Assembly (NCBI GenBank): GCA_948466335.1
Contig: CAOKAE010000001.1
Span: forward strand, 70,786-134,785
Source: an uncultured Coriobacteriia bacterium
GTDB lineage: Bacteria > Actinomycetota > Coriobacteriia > Coriobacteriales > QAMH01
Direction: 5' to 3'
Length of the DNA: 64,000 nt
Shown here: positions 38,247 to 46,356 of the stretch, one piece after another
Position numbering within the stretch: the first letter of the stretch is position 1
Layout: the number at the start of each line of letters is the position of its first letter
Made by a program: the position numbers and the translations under genes
The notes under the pieces: generated by a model
What the model was told of the DNA's origin: nothing
Databases searched by the model: none
What the model saw: the letters and a program-made list of their open reading frames with translations, nothing else

Positions 38247-39188
38247 TTGGCTTCGAGATCGTCTTCGGGAATAGTCGCCATTCTGAAGCGCCTCCCCAAG
38301 GCCCACAGCATCACGATGGGCGCGACTGCGCTCTTGGCCGCCTGTTCCCTCGCGTTCTTCGCCTTCGCAATTCCTCCCATGTTAAGCAGCCAAGCCATTG
38401 GTTCTGCCGAGGGAATAACCCCCGTTACTGAGGAAGCCAGCACCGCCTTTGTTGAGGATGCGGACGATGTCTCCGGAGGGTTCAGCATCTTGTCGGGCTC
38501 TCTTGCTCCCATTGGCGCAAGCAGCTTTGGCGGAGCGAATGGCGGTGGAAGCCCCAACGTGACGGACGCCACCGACAGCGCAGGGCCCTCGTCGGTATTC
38601 GCGGGTACGGACCCTTCCTCTCCTGGTCAAACAGAGCCATCGACTCCGCAAGCGCCCGGCGAGCAAGGTTCGACATCCACACCATCCGTTACCCCGGGTA
38701 AAACGGATGAGGAGATTAACGCAGCCAGGATAAAGATACAAGACAGCTGCTACAACAATGCCCAGAACTACTATGCCGAGCTCTCAAATCTCGTAGCCGG
38801 CTCCCCCATCTTCTGGGAATACGACCCGAGATTCGGTAATCAAAATGCAGAGAATTGGGTTGACCTGCAAAAGGCATACGCCGTCTGTTCCGATGCCCAG
38901 CGCGCCGCCAGCCAACAAGACCACGAACTGAATCTGCTCGCCGCAGAGTACCCGGAGCTCGCACGCGAATGCCAGACGGTTCGACAGATGTGGTCGAACA
39001 TATCCAGCGCGGCAAATCTGTTCTCGCGCTTTCTCGGCACGATGCAAGCGTGCCCCGACCCATCGACTCATTCGGATTGCTTCATGTCTCTCGTTCGGCC
39101 GCACATCGTTGCGGTCAAATCGGGCTATGACACCGTCTATACCCTCGATTATCTCGAAAACGCCCGCCAAAACATGTCCAGCCTCTAG
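38247..39188 (+). CDS. membrane-anchored/secreted hypothetical protein
   Basis: GGAGG before TTG 38247; N-terminal TM, Ser/Pro/Thr linker, Cys-containing helical C-domain. Confidence 0.7.
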   Translation: MASRSSSGIVAILKRLPKAHSITMGATALLAACSLAFFAFAIPPMLSSQAIGSAEGITPVTEEASTAFVEDADDVSGGFSILSGSLAPIGASSFGGANGGGSPNVTDATDSAGPSSVFAGTDPSSPGQTEPSTPQAPGEQGSTSTPSVTPGKTDEEINAARIKIQDSCYNNAQNYYAELSNLVAGSPIFWEYDPRFGNQNAENWVDLQKAYAVCSDAQRAASQQDHELNLLAAEYPELARECQTVRQMWSNISSAANLFSRFLGTMQACPDPSTHSDCFMSLVRPHIVAVKSGYDTVYTLDYLENARQNMSSL

Positions 39189-39219
39189 AAGTCCTCAGCA
39201 GAAAATCACGTGACACATC

Positions 39220-40911
39220 ATGGAAACCACTCAACGTATCGACACACCCCACGCGCACGACAAGGCGAACATGCGCGTTGTCAACCTCACCAGCTTCACC
39301 GCTCCGCGTACCTTGCCCGCAGACGAGCAGGAAAGAAACGCACGGCGCTTCTCCACCCTCTTCATTGACGAGAGGCGTCGCAGGAAAGGTGGCCTCGGGC
39401 AGGTCCTCTATGGCGAGGACACGTGGGGCGAACCTCTTGCCGTGAAGCTCGTGGGCGAGGTCCACAACGAGGAGCAAGATGACTCTCCCTCGCAAGCCTT
39501 TGCCCGTGAAGCGTTCAGGCGCGAGTACGAGACCATGCGCACGTTATCGGGCATCAAGGGGTTTCCGCGCCTGTACGGCGCCGGCAAGCTCGACGGCTGC
39601 GATGCCATCCTCATGGAATGGGTCGAAGGCGAGACGCTTGCAATGGCGATTCGCCACCTCTCCATCGATGACGAGGGAAGGCTCTCTCCCCTGACCGCGG
39701 CGCAGATGGGACGTGACCTCTTCGCCTTGCTCGCCCGCATGGAGATTCTCGAGAACTGCATCGTGCATCGGGATATCTCGACTTCGAACATCATGGTCGA
39801 CACGTCAATCCGTTCGCTTGACGACCAGGTTGCAGCGGGAAGCTTCGACCTGAAACTCGTGGACTTTGGCTCGGCGATGCTTCCCGGTCGTTCCTCCTCG
39901 CTCACGCAGAAGTACGGAACGCCGCGTGGCGCCACGCCGGATTTCGCCCCGCCCGAAATGCTATCCGAGGACATCAAGGGTGCTGCGACCATGCGCAAGA
40001 ACCCGGCAGTGGACGTCTACGCCGCGGCAAGCGTGCTGTACCTGCTGCTAGCCGGACACACGCCGTTCCTGCTCGAGAAGGGTGACAATCGCTCGTACTA
40101 CCTGCAGAAGACTGAGCAGTTGCCCCGCGCCCTGGCCGGCGCCCATGCGGCGACGACCGATATCGACATAACGCTCACGCGAGAGCCGCACACCGCCGCC
40201 TTCGTCGAGAAGGCGGCCTCGGAAAGCGACGGCAGGCCATCGTCGGAGAAGCTGGCTGGTGTTTTGACGGCCGTTGATTCCCAACTCGACGACGTCATCT
40301 TCGCCTGCCTGGATCCCGTTCAGGAGCATCGTCCCCTCGCAAGCGAGGTGCAGGACACGCTTGCGGAATTCGTTGACTCTTACGAGGACAACATCGCGAA
40401 CGGCTTGGCCGAGCGCCCCTTGAGCCAGTGTGCCGGCGATGCCTTCGAGCGCAGGGCGGCAAACGTTCGGAGGCGACGGGCGCGCCATCTGGGAATGGGC
40501 GTGGTGATAGCATGCGCTGTCCTGCTTTTTGCGGGCTCGTGTGCGACGGGGTTCCTGCTGGACGGAGAGTTGGCCAAGCTCGCGCTTGGACCCATGCGCT
40601 GGGGTGGCGCCCTGAGCGGATGGGTTGTGGGAGTGCTTCTATGGCTGCCCGCAATTCTCGGCTACGCCACGCGCTTCGTCGCACGACGCAATCCCCACGT
40701 CTTGGCCTGGACAATCGCCGCGGTGGGTGCCGGAGCGCTCGTGCTGCTGGGAATAATGGCCTGCACGATCTTCTTCTCGGCGCAAAGCCTCGTGTTGGCG
40801 CTCGCCGCCTTAGCCGTTTCCGCAACGCTTCCCTGGTGTGCGCTGTCGTTCGATGTTGCCCTAGGAATAACGTTCGCGAAACCGAGCGAAGAGGCGCAGG
40901 TCGATGCCTGA
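39220..40911 (+). CDS. Hanks-type Ser/Thr protein kinase with C-terminal TM segments
   Basis: KGGLGQV, LAVK, HRDISTSNIM, DFG, APPE, DVYA; about 4 hydrophobic C-terminal helices. Confidence 0.9.
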   Translation: METTQRIDTPHAHDKANMRVVNLTSFTAPRTLPADEQERNARRFSTLFIDERRRRKGGLGQVLYGEDTWGEPLAVKLVGEVHNEEQDDSPSQAFAREAFRREYETMRTLSGIKGFPRLYGAGKLDGCDAILMEWVEGETLAMAIRHLSIDDEGRLSPLTAAQMGRDLFALLARMEILENCIVHRDISTSNIMVDTSIRSLDDQVAAGSFDLKLVDFGSAMLPGRSSSLTQKYGTPRGATPDFAPPEMLSEDIKGAATMRKNPAVDVYAAASVLYLLLAGHTPFLLEKGDNRSYYLQKTEQLPRALAGAHAATTDIDITLTREPHTAAFVEKAASESDGRPSSEKLAGVLTAVDSQLDDVIFACLDPVQEHRPLASEVQDTLAEFVDSYEDNIANGLAERPLSQCAGDAFERRAANVRRRRARHLGMGVVIACAVLLFAGSCATGFLLDGELAKLALGPMRWGGALSGWVVGVLLWLPAILGYATRFVARRNPHVLAWTIAAVGAGALVLLGIMACTIFFSAQSLVLALAALAVSATLPWCALSFDVALGITFAKPSEEAQVDA

Positions 40912-41902
40912 GATGACGAAAACGGAAGGAAGCGACGAGATGGCGAGAACGGCCTCGGCTCCGCTTGGCGCATTGTTCTTCATCATGAAGAGATACGGGA
41001 AGATCAGCTACAAGGACCTTGCAACGTGCATCCTCTCGGAAAAGCCGCTAGCCGGTGGCGTGAGTCCCGCAAGCCGTGTGAATGATCGCACGTGGATTTC
41101 GCGCTATCTCGTTCACGCGCCTGTCGAATCCGTCAAGGAAGACTACTTCGTGAGCCATGAGAAGGCCGCCATGCGCATCATCTCGCGGCTCAAGAAGCGC
41201 ATGGGCAACCAGGAAATACTCGACATGATCGCGGGGCAGCCGGGCGTGGTGATAGTGGGGGCGCTGGCAAATTGCGGCCAGGACACCGCTCCCTATCGCA
41301 ACATGCTATCGCGGCTAGCAGGAGAAGACGCGTTCAAGATCGAGGAACGCGTCGAGATTGCCATGGTGCTCCTCGTGACGGCGGCTCTGAGTGGAAATGT
41401 TGCACGTGCAACTGCTCGAGCTCTCGAATTCACCGACGAGATTCACGGTGCGTCAGTGCGTACACCCCTCGTGACGCCCCAATCGGAAGGGGCACCCGGC
41501 GACACGCCCGCTGACATTGACGAGCGCGTGAACCTGGGACTCTTGCGCATCGTAGACGGTTACGTGATGGGCTCGCCGTTCTGGCTCGACGCAACGAACC
41601 CCGATGGCATCGAGGTGGGCGCCTTCGCGACGGGAGCGGGAGCTATCAGCGACGTCGCGCCTGACGTATCCGGACACCATGCACGCATCTGGCATGACGA
41701 GAGTGATATCTGGTACGTCGAGGGGTTGGGCTCGAAGAACGGTACGGTGCTGGTAAGCGGCGTGGACAAGAGCGAAGCTGTCGTGGAGCCGCCGGCAGAC
41801 GAGCGCACCGGGTGGACGGGCGCACCCGTGGCCTTGCAACCCGGCGACGAGCTCGTGTTCGGGAAAAGCACGCGGTACGTGGTGATTGCCGGTGTAAAGT
41901 GA
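40904..41902 (+). CDS. FHA domain-containing protein
   Basis: C-terminal VSGHHARI...GSKNGT...LQPGDELVFG; start overlaps the kinase stop. Confidence 0.8.
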   Translation: MPEMTKTEGSDEMARTASAPLGALFFIMKRYGKISYKDLATCILSEKPLAGGVSPASRVNDRTWISRYLVHAPVESVKEDYFVSHEKAAMRIISRLKKRMGNQEILDMIAGQPGVVIVGALANCGQDTAPYRNMLSRLAGEDAFKIEERVEIAMVLLVTAALSGNVARATARALEFTDEIHGASVRTPLVTPQSEGAPGDTPADIDERVNLGLLRIVDGYVMGSPFWLDATNPDGIEVGAFATGAGAISDVAPDVSGHHARIWHDESDIWYVEGLGSKNGTVLVSGVDKSEAVVEPPADERTGWTGAPVALQPGDELVFGKSTRYVVIAGVK

Positions 41903-41942
41903 AAAAGCGAGGCCGCCCGCGAATGATGCGAGCGGCCATCAA

Positions 41943-42032
41943 AATGGACACCGGCGGTCTACTGCTGCTGTCACATTATCGACATGTGCCGGCAGCAAAT
42001 GAGACAAATGTGTCTGACCAATTTGTCTCATT
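41943..42032. repeat. REP doublet (first copy strongly decayed)
   Basis: aatggaca...tgtcacatt 41943-41977, 20-bp linker, intact copy 41998-42032. Confidence 0.85.
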
Positions 42033-42053
42033 CCGCAGGTCAGAAGGCGGGTG

Positions 42054-44021
42054 CTACTTCACGCCATGCCAGCCGACGCCCTCGTCCTTCCAGCCTATGG
42101 ATAGCAGCGTCTGGAACTCGCCCCAGTCGAGCGTGTAGTGGTGGTTGTTGGCGAACGCGTTGGGGTTGTAGGCGCGGTACAGGGGCACGGCCTCGTTGGG
42201 GTCGGAGTACCAGCCTCCCTCCTCCCAGGTCCAGCCCACGCCCACGAGCATGTCGCGCTCGGCCTCGCTGGAGGTGTAGTGGTGCTCTCCGGCAAACGAG
42301 TTGTAGAGGCGGTAGACCTTGATGCCCTCGGTCGGCGCCGTCCAGCCCACGCCCTCGTCGTTCCAACCGGCCGCGATCACGGCGTCTCGCTCGACGGGAC
42401 TCGAGGTGTAGAAGTGCTCGCCGGAGTTGGGGTTGTAGAGGCGATACATGGTCTCGGTGCCCACGGGTTGCGGGTCGGTGGGGGTGGGATCCGGATTCGA
42501 CGGTTGCGATGGCGTGCTCGGATTCGAGGGGTTGCTCGGCTGCGAAGGATTGGAAGGGTTGCTGGGGGCGTCGGGGTCGTAAATCCTATATGTCGCCTTT
42601 AGCGTTCCGGTGTAGTTGCCTCTGCCCTGCGCAGTAATTTCATAGGTTCCGGCAGGACCGGCATTTGCAGGAAAAACAACGCTTATGTCTTCGTCACCCG
42701 CGCTGAAACTGTAATATGTTCCAATTTTCTCTGCTCCAGAATATACGTAAACTGTTGGGTACCGCGCCGCCTGGTGAGACCACATCTCAAACGAATCTTG
42801 ACTAAGCTCAATGCGAGTCAGGGCCTTGGGCTTGATTGTATACGTTGCCTGCACGGTGCCCGACAAATCGCCCTTTCCTTGAACGGTTATCGTATACGTC
42901 CCTGCATCCTTCTTATATTTATCACCGCTGATTGTCACGTATCTTGACGAGCCAGTTAATGAGAGGTCCTTCTCGATGAGAGTATTTCCTGCATAAACGG
43001 AAACGGTCGGCTCGCATCGTGAACCGGAGTACTCGTACTCTGTCTGGCTCAGCTCTACTCGAGTGATTTCAGTTGGGGTGGCTGAGACTGTAAAGATGTA
43101 GTGATCTCGCCAGACGCTCCCAGACTGCATAACAAAGTAATAGGTTCCGGCTTCAAGACGACCGCAGTTTACAGTGGTCCTATTCTCACCTGAAAGTGTG
43201 TTTCCCTGCTTGAATGCCACCTGAGACGTGCTCTTTGTCACCTCGTAATGCATCTTTCCGCGAGTAAGCAAATCAACATTTACCAAACTTGGCGAATCAA
43301 TATGAAAAGAGTAGATGTCGATATCGGACAGACCCATCGGTTTGCCATTCAGGAAGACTTCGCCATCGGGATCGTATGCCATTCCCGTGTAGACCTGCCC
43401 TAGCTTAACGGGCGTGGCGGTGCTCATGGTGTCATTGGGCTCTATCTCAATTTCTGCGTCCAGGTCTGCAGATGGACACGAGATACCCGCACGCAAAGTG
43501 GCCTCACATTGGGCTTGTAGCCTGAAACTATACTTTCCCGTGCCGAGGATAAACGGACCAAATGATGCCGTAGCGGTGTTATGGGCAATATCCCAATCTG
43601 CAATTACCTTGCCGGCACCATCCTCCAAAATCGCGTGGAAAGAATTGCCGCTACTTAGAGAATTTGTCTGCTGGAACACAAGACCCGAGAAGGACGTTCC
43701 CTGGACGCTAAAGTTTACCTTCACCTCTTGTCCTTGAGACAGGTTATAAGGGCCTGCGGTTTCCCCGTCCTTTAGGGTGATATCTTTCACGGTTGAGCGT
43801 GCCTCAATCGCAAATGCGCTAATGGAATTATCATCAGGCGTAAACGACAAGCTATCGGGTGAATATTGATATGTAATATCATCCAAGACATGCGACGTGT
43901 TTGTCATTGCTTCTGTTTCGCTGCTTGAATCTGAAGAATCCCCTGCAGCCGCAAACGCCGTGATGGGCATCATGCCGAGGGCAAGCGCCAATGACAGGGA
44001 CACTAACGAGAGTTTCCGCAT
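42054..44021 (-). CDS. secreted surface protein with beta-rich domains, Pro/Ser linker and three C-terminal RLYNPN repeats (DUF5648-like)
   Basis: Signal peptide; EIEPNDT; GTYTITVQGKG / GTYEITAQGRG repeats; YRLYNPNSGEHFYT, YRLYNSFAGEHHYT, YRAYNPNAFANNHHYT. Confidence 0.85.
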   Translation of the reverse strand: MRKLSLVSLSLALALGMMPITAFAAAGDSSDSSSETEAMTNTSHVLDDITYQYSPDSLSFTPDDNSISAFAIEARSTVKDITLKDGETAGPYNLSQGQEVKVNFSVQGTSFSGLVFQQTNSLSSGNSFHAILEDGAGKVIADWDIAHNTATASFGPFILGTGKYSFRLQAQCEATLRAGISCPSADLDAEIEIEPNDTMSTATPVKLGQVYTGMAYDPDGEVFLNGKPMGLSDIDIYSFHIDSPSLVNVDLLTRGKMHYEVTKSTSQVAFKQGNTLSGENRTTVNCGRLEAGTYYFVMQSGSVWRDHYIFTVSATPTEITRVELSQTEYEYSGSRCEPTVSVYAGNTLIEKDLSLTGSSRYVTISGDKYKKDAGTYTITVQGKGDLSGTVQATYTIKPKALTRIELSQDSFEMWSHQAARYPTVYVYSGAEKIGTYYSFSAGDEDISVVFPANAGPAGTYEITAQGRGNYTGTLKATYRIYDPDAPSNPSNPSQPSNPSNPSTPSQPSNPDPTPTDPQPVGTETMYRLYNPNSGEHFYTSSPVERDAVIAAGWNDEGVGWTAPTEGIKVYRLYNSFAGEHHYTSSEAERDMLVGVGWTWEEGGWYSDPNEAVPLYRAYNPNAFANNHHYTLDWGEFQTLLSIGWKDEGVGWHGVK

Positions 44022-44100
44022 AATCGGCTCCTTTCCATGAGGTGATGCATTGCCGTACGTGCAATGCGAGTCGATATGCTCACCCTACAGGCGTTTTTCA

Positions 44101-44418
44101 TTATTCTGTTGCGCAACAAATTTTGCGGCGGCAAGCGGTGAGGAGGGGGCTATCTCGCCGAGCGCTGGTGGATAGTGCTTCGATGTGCACCAGATCTTTT
44201 TCGGGATACCACGTGTATATAAGATCGAAAGGGTTCACCGCCACGAAGCGCACGCCGTCACCGAACTCTTCTGTGATTGACGTGGGAACCTGTGACGAGC
44301 CGAAACCGCCAAAAAGCTCAATGCTATCCACGATGTTGAGAATGCGCTGTTCTAGCTTCTTGGTTTCGATTGCGGCCAAATCGTCTGCAAAACGATTGGA
44401 GAACTCCAGCCTAGGCAT
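44101..44418 (-). CDS. RelE/ParE-family toxin (possible C-terminal frameshift)
   Basis: MPRLEFSNRFADDL...IELFGGFGS...PFDLIY; overlaps the antitoxin stop. Confidence 0.75.
   Translation of the reverse strand: MPRLEFSNRFADDLAAIETKKLEQRILNIVDSIELFGGFGSSQVPTSITEEFGDGVRFVAVNPFDLIYTWYPEKDLVHIEALSTSARRDSPLLTACRRKICCATE
44105..44120. promoter_or_regulatory. second copy of the TTTGTTGCGCAACAAA palindrome
   Basis: tctgttgcgcaacaaa (one mismatch), 84 bp upstream of the surface-protein start. Confidence 0.55.
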
Positions 44419-44701
44419 GAACGCTGCGCTTCTGTTCCACCGCCGCGAGCAGTTCCTCGCGCGAGGAATAATAGCGGCCCTCTTCAAAATCGCGCCGTGA
44501 CTCATCGAGGGCTTCCCTCATGCGCTGCTCGTAGAGCGCCTGCTCAACTGCCTCTTCGATTTGACGTTGGAGGACGTCCTGTGACATGAAGGCGTACTTG
44601 CCGCGCCCGTTCTCGGTAATGTAGACGACCTCGTTGTCCGCAATTGCCTTGATTTCACGTTGCTGATTCTTCAAGGCCGTAGAAGGGTATATCGCCGGCA
44701 T
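44411..44701 (-). CDS. Phd/YefM-family antitoxin
   Basis: IYPSTALKN...VYITENGRGKYAFMS. Confidence 0.85.
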   Translation of the reverse strand: MPAIYPSTALKNQQREIKAIADNEVVYITENGRGKYAFMSQDVLQRQIEEAVEQALYEQRMREALDESRRDFEEGRYYSSREELLAAVEQKRSVHA

Positions 44702-44731
44702 GGTCGCTCCTAATGAAGGTACTAATAAAGA

Positions 44732-44753
44732 CCGTAATTACGGACTTATTATA
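44732..44753 (-). promoter_or_regulatory. toxin-antitoxin promoter -10 (TATAAT) and palindromic operator
   Basis: ccgtaattacgg at 44732-44743; attata at 44748-44753. Confidence 0.55.
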
Positions 44754-44803
44754 GTCCATTTCACCGTTCCGTGCGATGAGGCGCGAGGCAAACGCTAACG
44801 CCC

Positions 44804-45049
44804 CTACTCCTCCTCGGCCAGGCGCAGCACCATCTCGTAAATCCCCTGGGCGCTGTTGAAGTTGGCCGGGACGACTTCCTTGGCGGGCACGGCGATGTCA
44901 AATTCGTCATCGATGGCGTTGATGATCGCAAGGATGTCGAAGGAATCGAGGAAGCGCTCGTCCACCAACGCGGTGCAGTTCTCGTAGTCGACGTTTTCCT
45001 CAACGTCCTTGAGCAGGTCGATGATGGCCTCGAGCGTGATGTCGTCCAT
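44804..45049 (-). CDS. carrier protein (ACP/DltC-like)
   Basis: Acidic 81 aa; LDSFDI phosphopantetheine site; PANFNS. Confidence 0.88.
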   Translation of the reverse strand: MDDITLEAIIDLLKDVEENVDYENCTALVDERFLDSFDILAIINAIDDEFDIAVPAKEVVPANFNSAQGIYEMVLRLAEEE

Positions 45050-45090
45050 GGTGCTTCCTCTCGCCAGTTCTTATACCGGTACCAGTTGTA

Positions 45091-45125
45091 AATGAGACAA
45101 TTTGGTCAGACAAACTTGTCTCATT
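45091..45125. repeat. 35-bp REP supplying the stop of the PLP decarboxylase gene
   Basis: aatgagacaatttggtcagacaaacttgtctcatt; TCA at 45121-45123. Confidence 0.95.
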
Positions 45126-46305
45126 TTCGTGGTGTGTTGAGCGTGCTCGTCTCGATGAAGTCGCGGGCAAGCTCGCTGCCGCCATCATAGCGCAAGACCA
45201 CGCGTGGCATCGTGCGGCTCAGGAACAGGTGCACGCCTTCGGTCACGGAATACGCGCCGGCGTTGGCAAACGCGAGCACGTCATCGAGCTGCAAGCTGTC
45301 GAGCTCGACCTCGCGCACGAGCACGTCGTTGACGGTGCAGAGGCTGCCGCAAAGCGTCCAGGCACGCGCGTCTTGCTCGCGCATCTGGTCGGCAAGCGCC
45401 GAGAGATTGACAAGCGCAGGCACCTTGAGGCCCATGATCTGCCCCGCATAGGTGAGGTGGTTGATGCCACCGTCGAGGATGCAGTAGCTCGTGCCCTCGT
45501 TCTCCTTGAGGTCGGCGACGCGGGTGAGGTAGGTGCCGCAGGACGCGGCAAAGAAGCGGCCCATCTCGACCGTGAGCTCCACCTCCTTCGCAAGCTCGCG
45601 AAGGTGCGGAGCCAACTCGCGGGCCGGGGCGAGGTCGTCCGTGAAGTCGTCGTCGGCGAAGTACGGCACGGCCAAGCCGGGACCGTACTCGAGACGCTGC
45701 ACCTCGAAGCCATGCTCGAGCTCGATGTCGGCAATGAGGGCGCGGAGCTTCTCGAGCTCGCGTGCCTGATGCTTGAGCTTCTTGCGCTGCGTGCCCACGA
45801 AATAGTGCAGGCCTACGATGTCGAGGTGCGGGTACTTCGTGCGGCGGTCGATGATGGCGAGGAGATCATCTTTCGACATGCCAAACTGGCTGCCGGCGTT
45901 CAGGCGTAGCAGCACCTCGACCTTCGTGTTCGCCCGTGCGGCGCACTGCTCGATAATCTCGACGTGGCGCACGCTCTCGGCTGTGAGCACGCCAACGCGA
46001 TAGGCAATGGCACGGCTCACGTCCTCGACCTGCTTGTTCACGCCCGAATACACGATCTGGTGCGCGGAGATGCCCACGTCCTCGCAGATGGCGAGCTCGC
46101 CGGGGCTGCACACCTCAAGGCGAGTGCCGTGGTCGGCCGCTGCGGCCGCGAGAAAGGGGTTGGCCTTCATCGCGAAGCACAGGCGCACGTCCTCGCCGAA
46201 GATGTCGGCAATCTTGTCGAGACGCCGCCAGAACGCCTCCACATCGAGGACGAAGGCGGGAGTGCCATACTCCTTGGCTATTTCGAGCAGCTCACCCTGA
46301 TTCAT
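45121..46305 (-). CDS. PLP-dependent decarboxylase, fold III (LysA/ornithine decarboxylase-like)
   Basis: YGTP, FAMKAN (PLP Lys), EVCSPGE, HYFVGTQ, EMGRF, GSLCTVND, AGAYS. Confidence 0.85.
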   Translation of the reverse strand: MNQGELLEIAKEYGTPAFVLDVEAFWRRLDKIADIFGEDVRLCFAMKANPFLAAAAADHGTRLEVCSPGELAICEDVGISAHQIVYSGVNKQVEDVSRAIAYRVGVLTAESVRHVEIIEQCAARANTKVEVLLRLNAGSQFGMSKDDLLAIIDRRTKYPHLDIVGLHYFVGTQRKKLKHQARELEKLRALIADIELEHGFEVQRLEYGPGLAVPYFADDDFTDDLAPARELAPHLRELAKEVELTVEMGRFFAASCGTYLTRVADLKENEGTSYCILDGGINHLTYAGQIMGLKVPALVNLSALADQMREQDARAWTLCGSLCTVNDVLVREVELDSLQLDDVLAFANAGAYSVTEGVHLFLSRTMPRVVLRYDGGSELARDFIETSTLNTPRK

Positions 46306-46321
46306 GCTGGTACCTCCACAA

Positions 46322-46356
46322 AATGAGACAAATGTGTCTGACCAGATTGTCTCATT
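46322..46356. repeat. 35-bp REP abutting the adenylation-gene stop
   Basis: aatgagacaaatgtgtctgaccagattgtctcatt. Confidence 0.95.
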
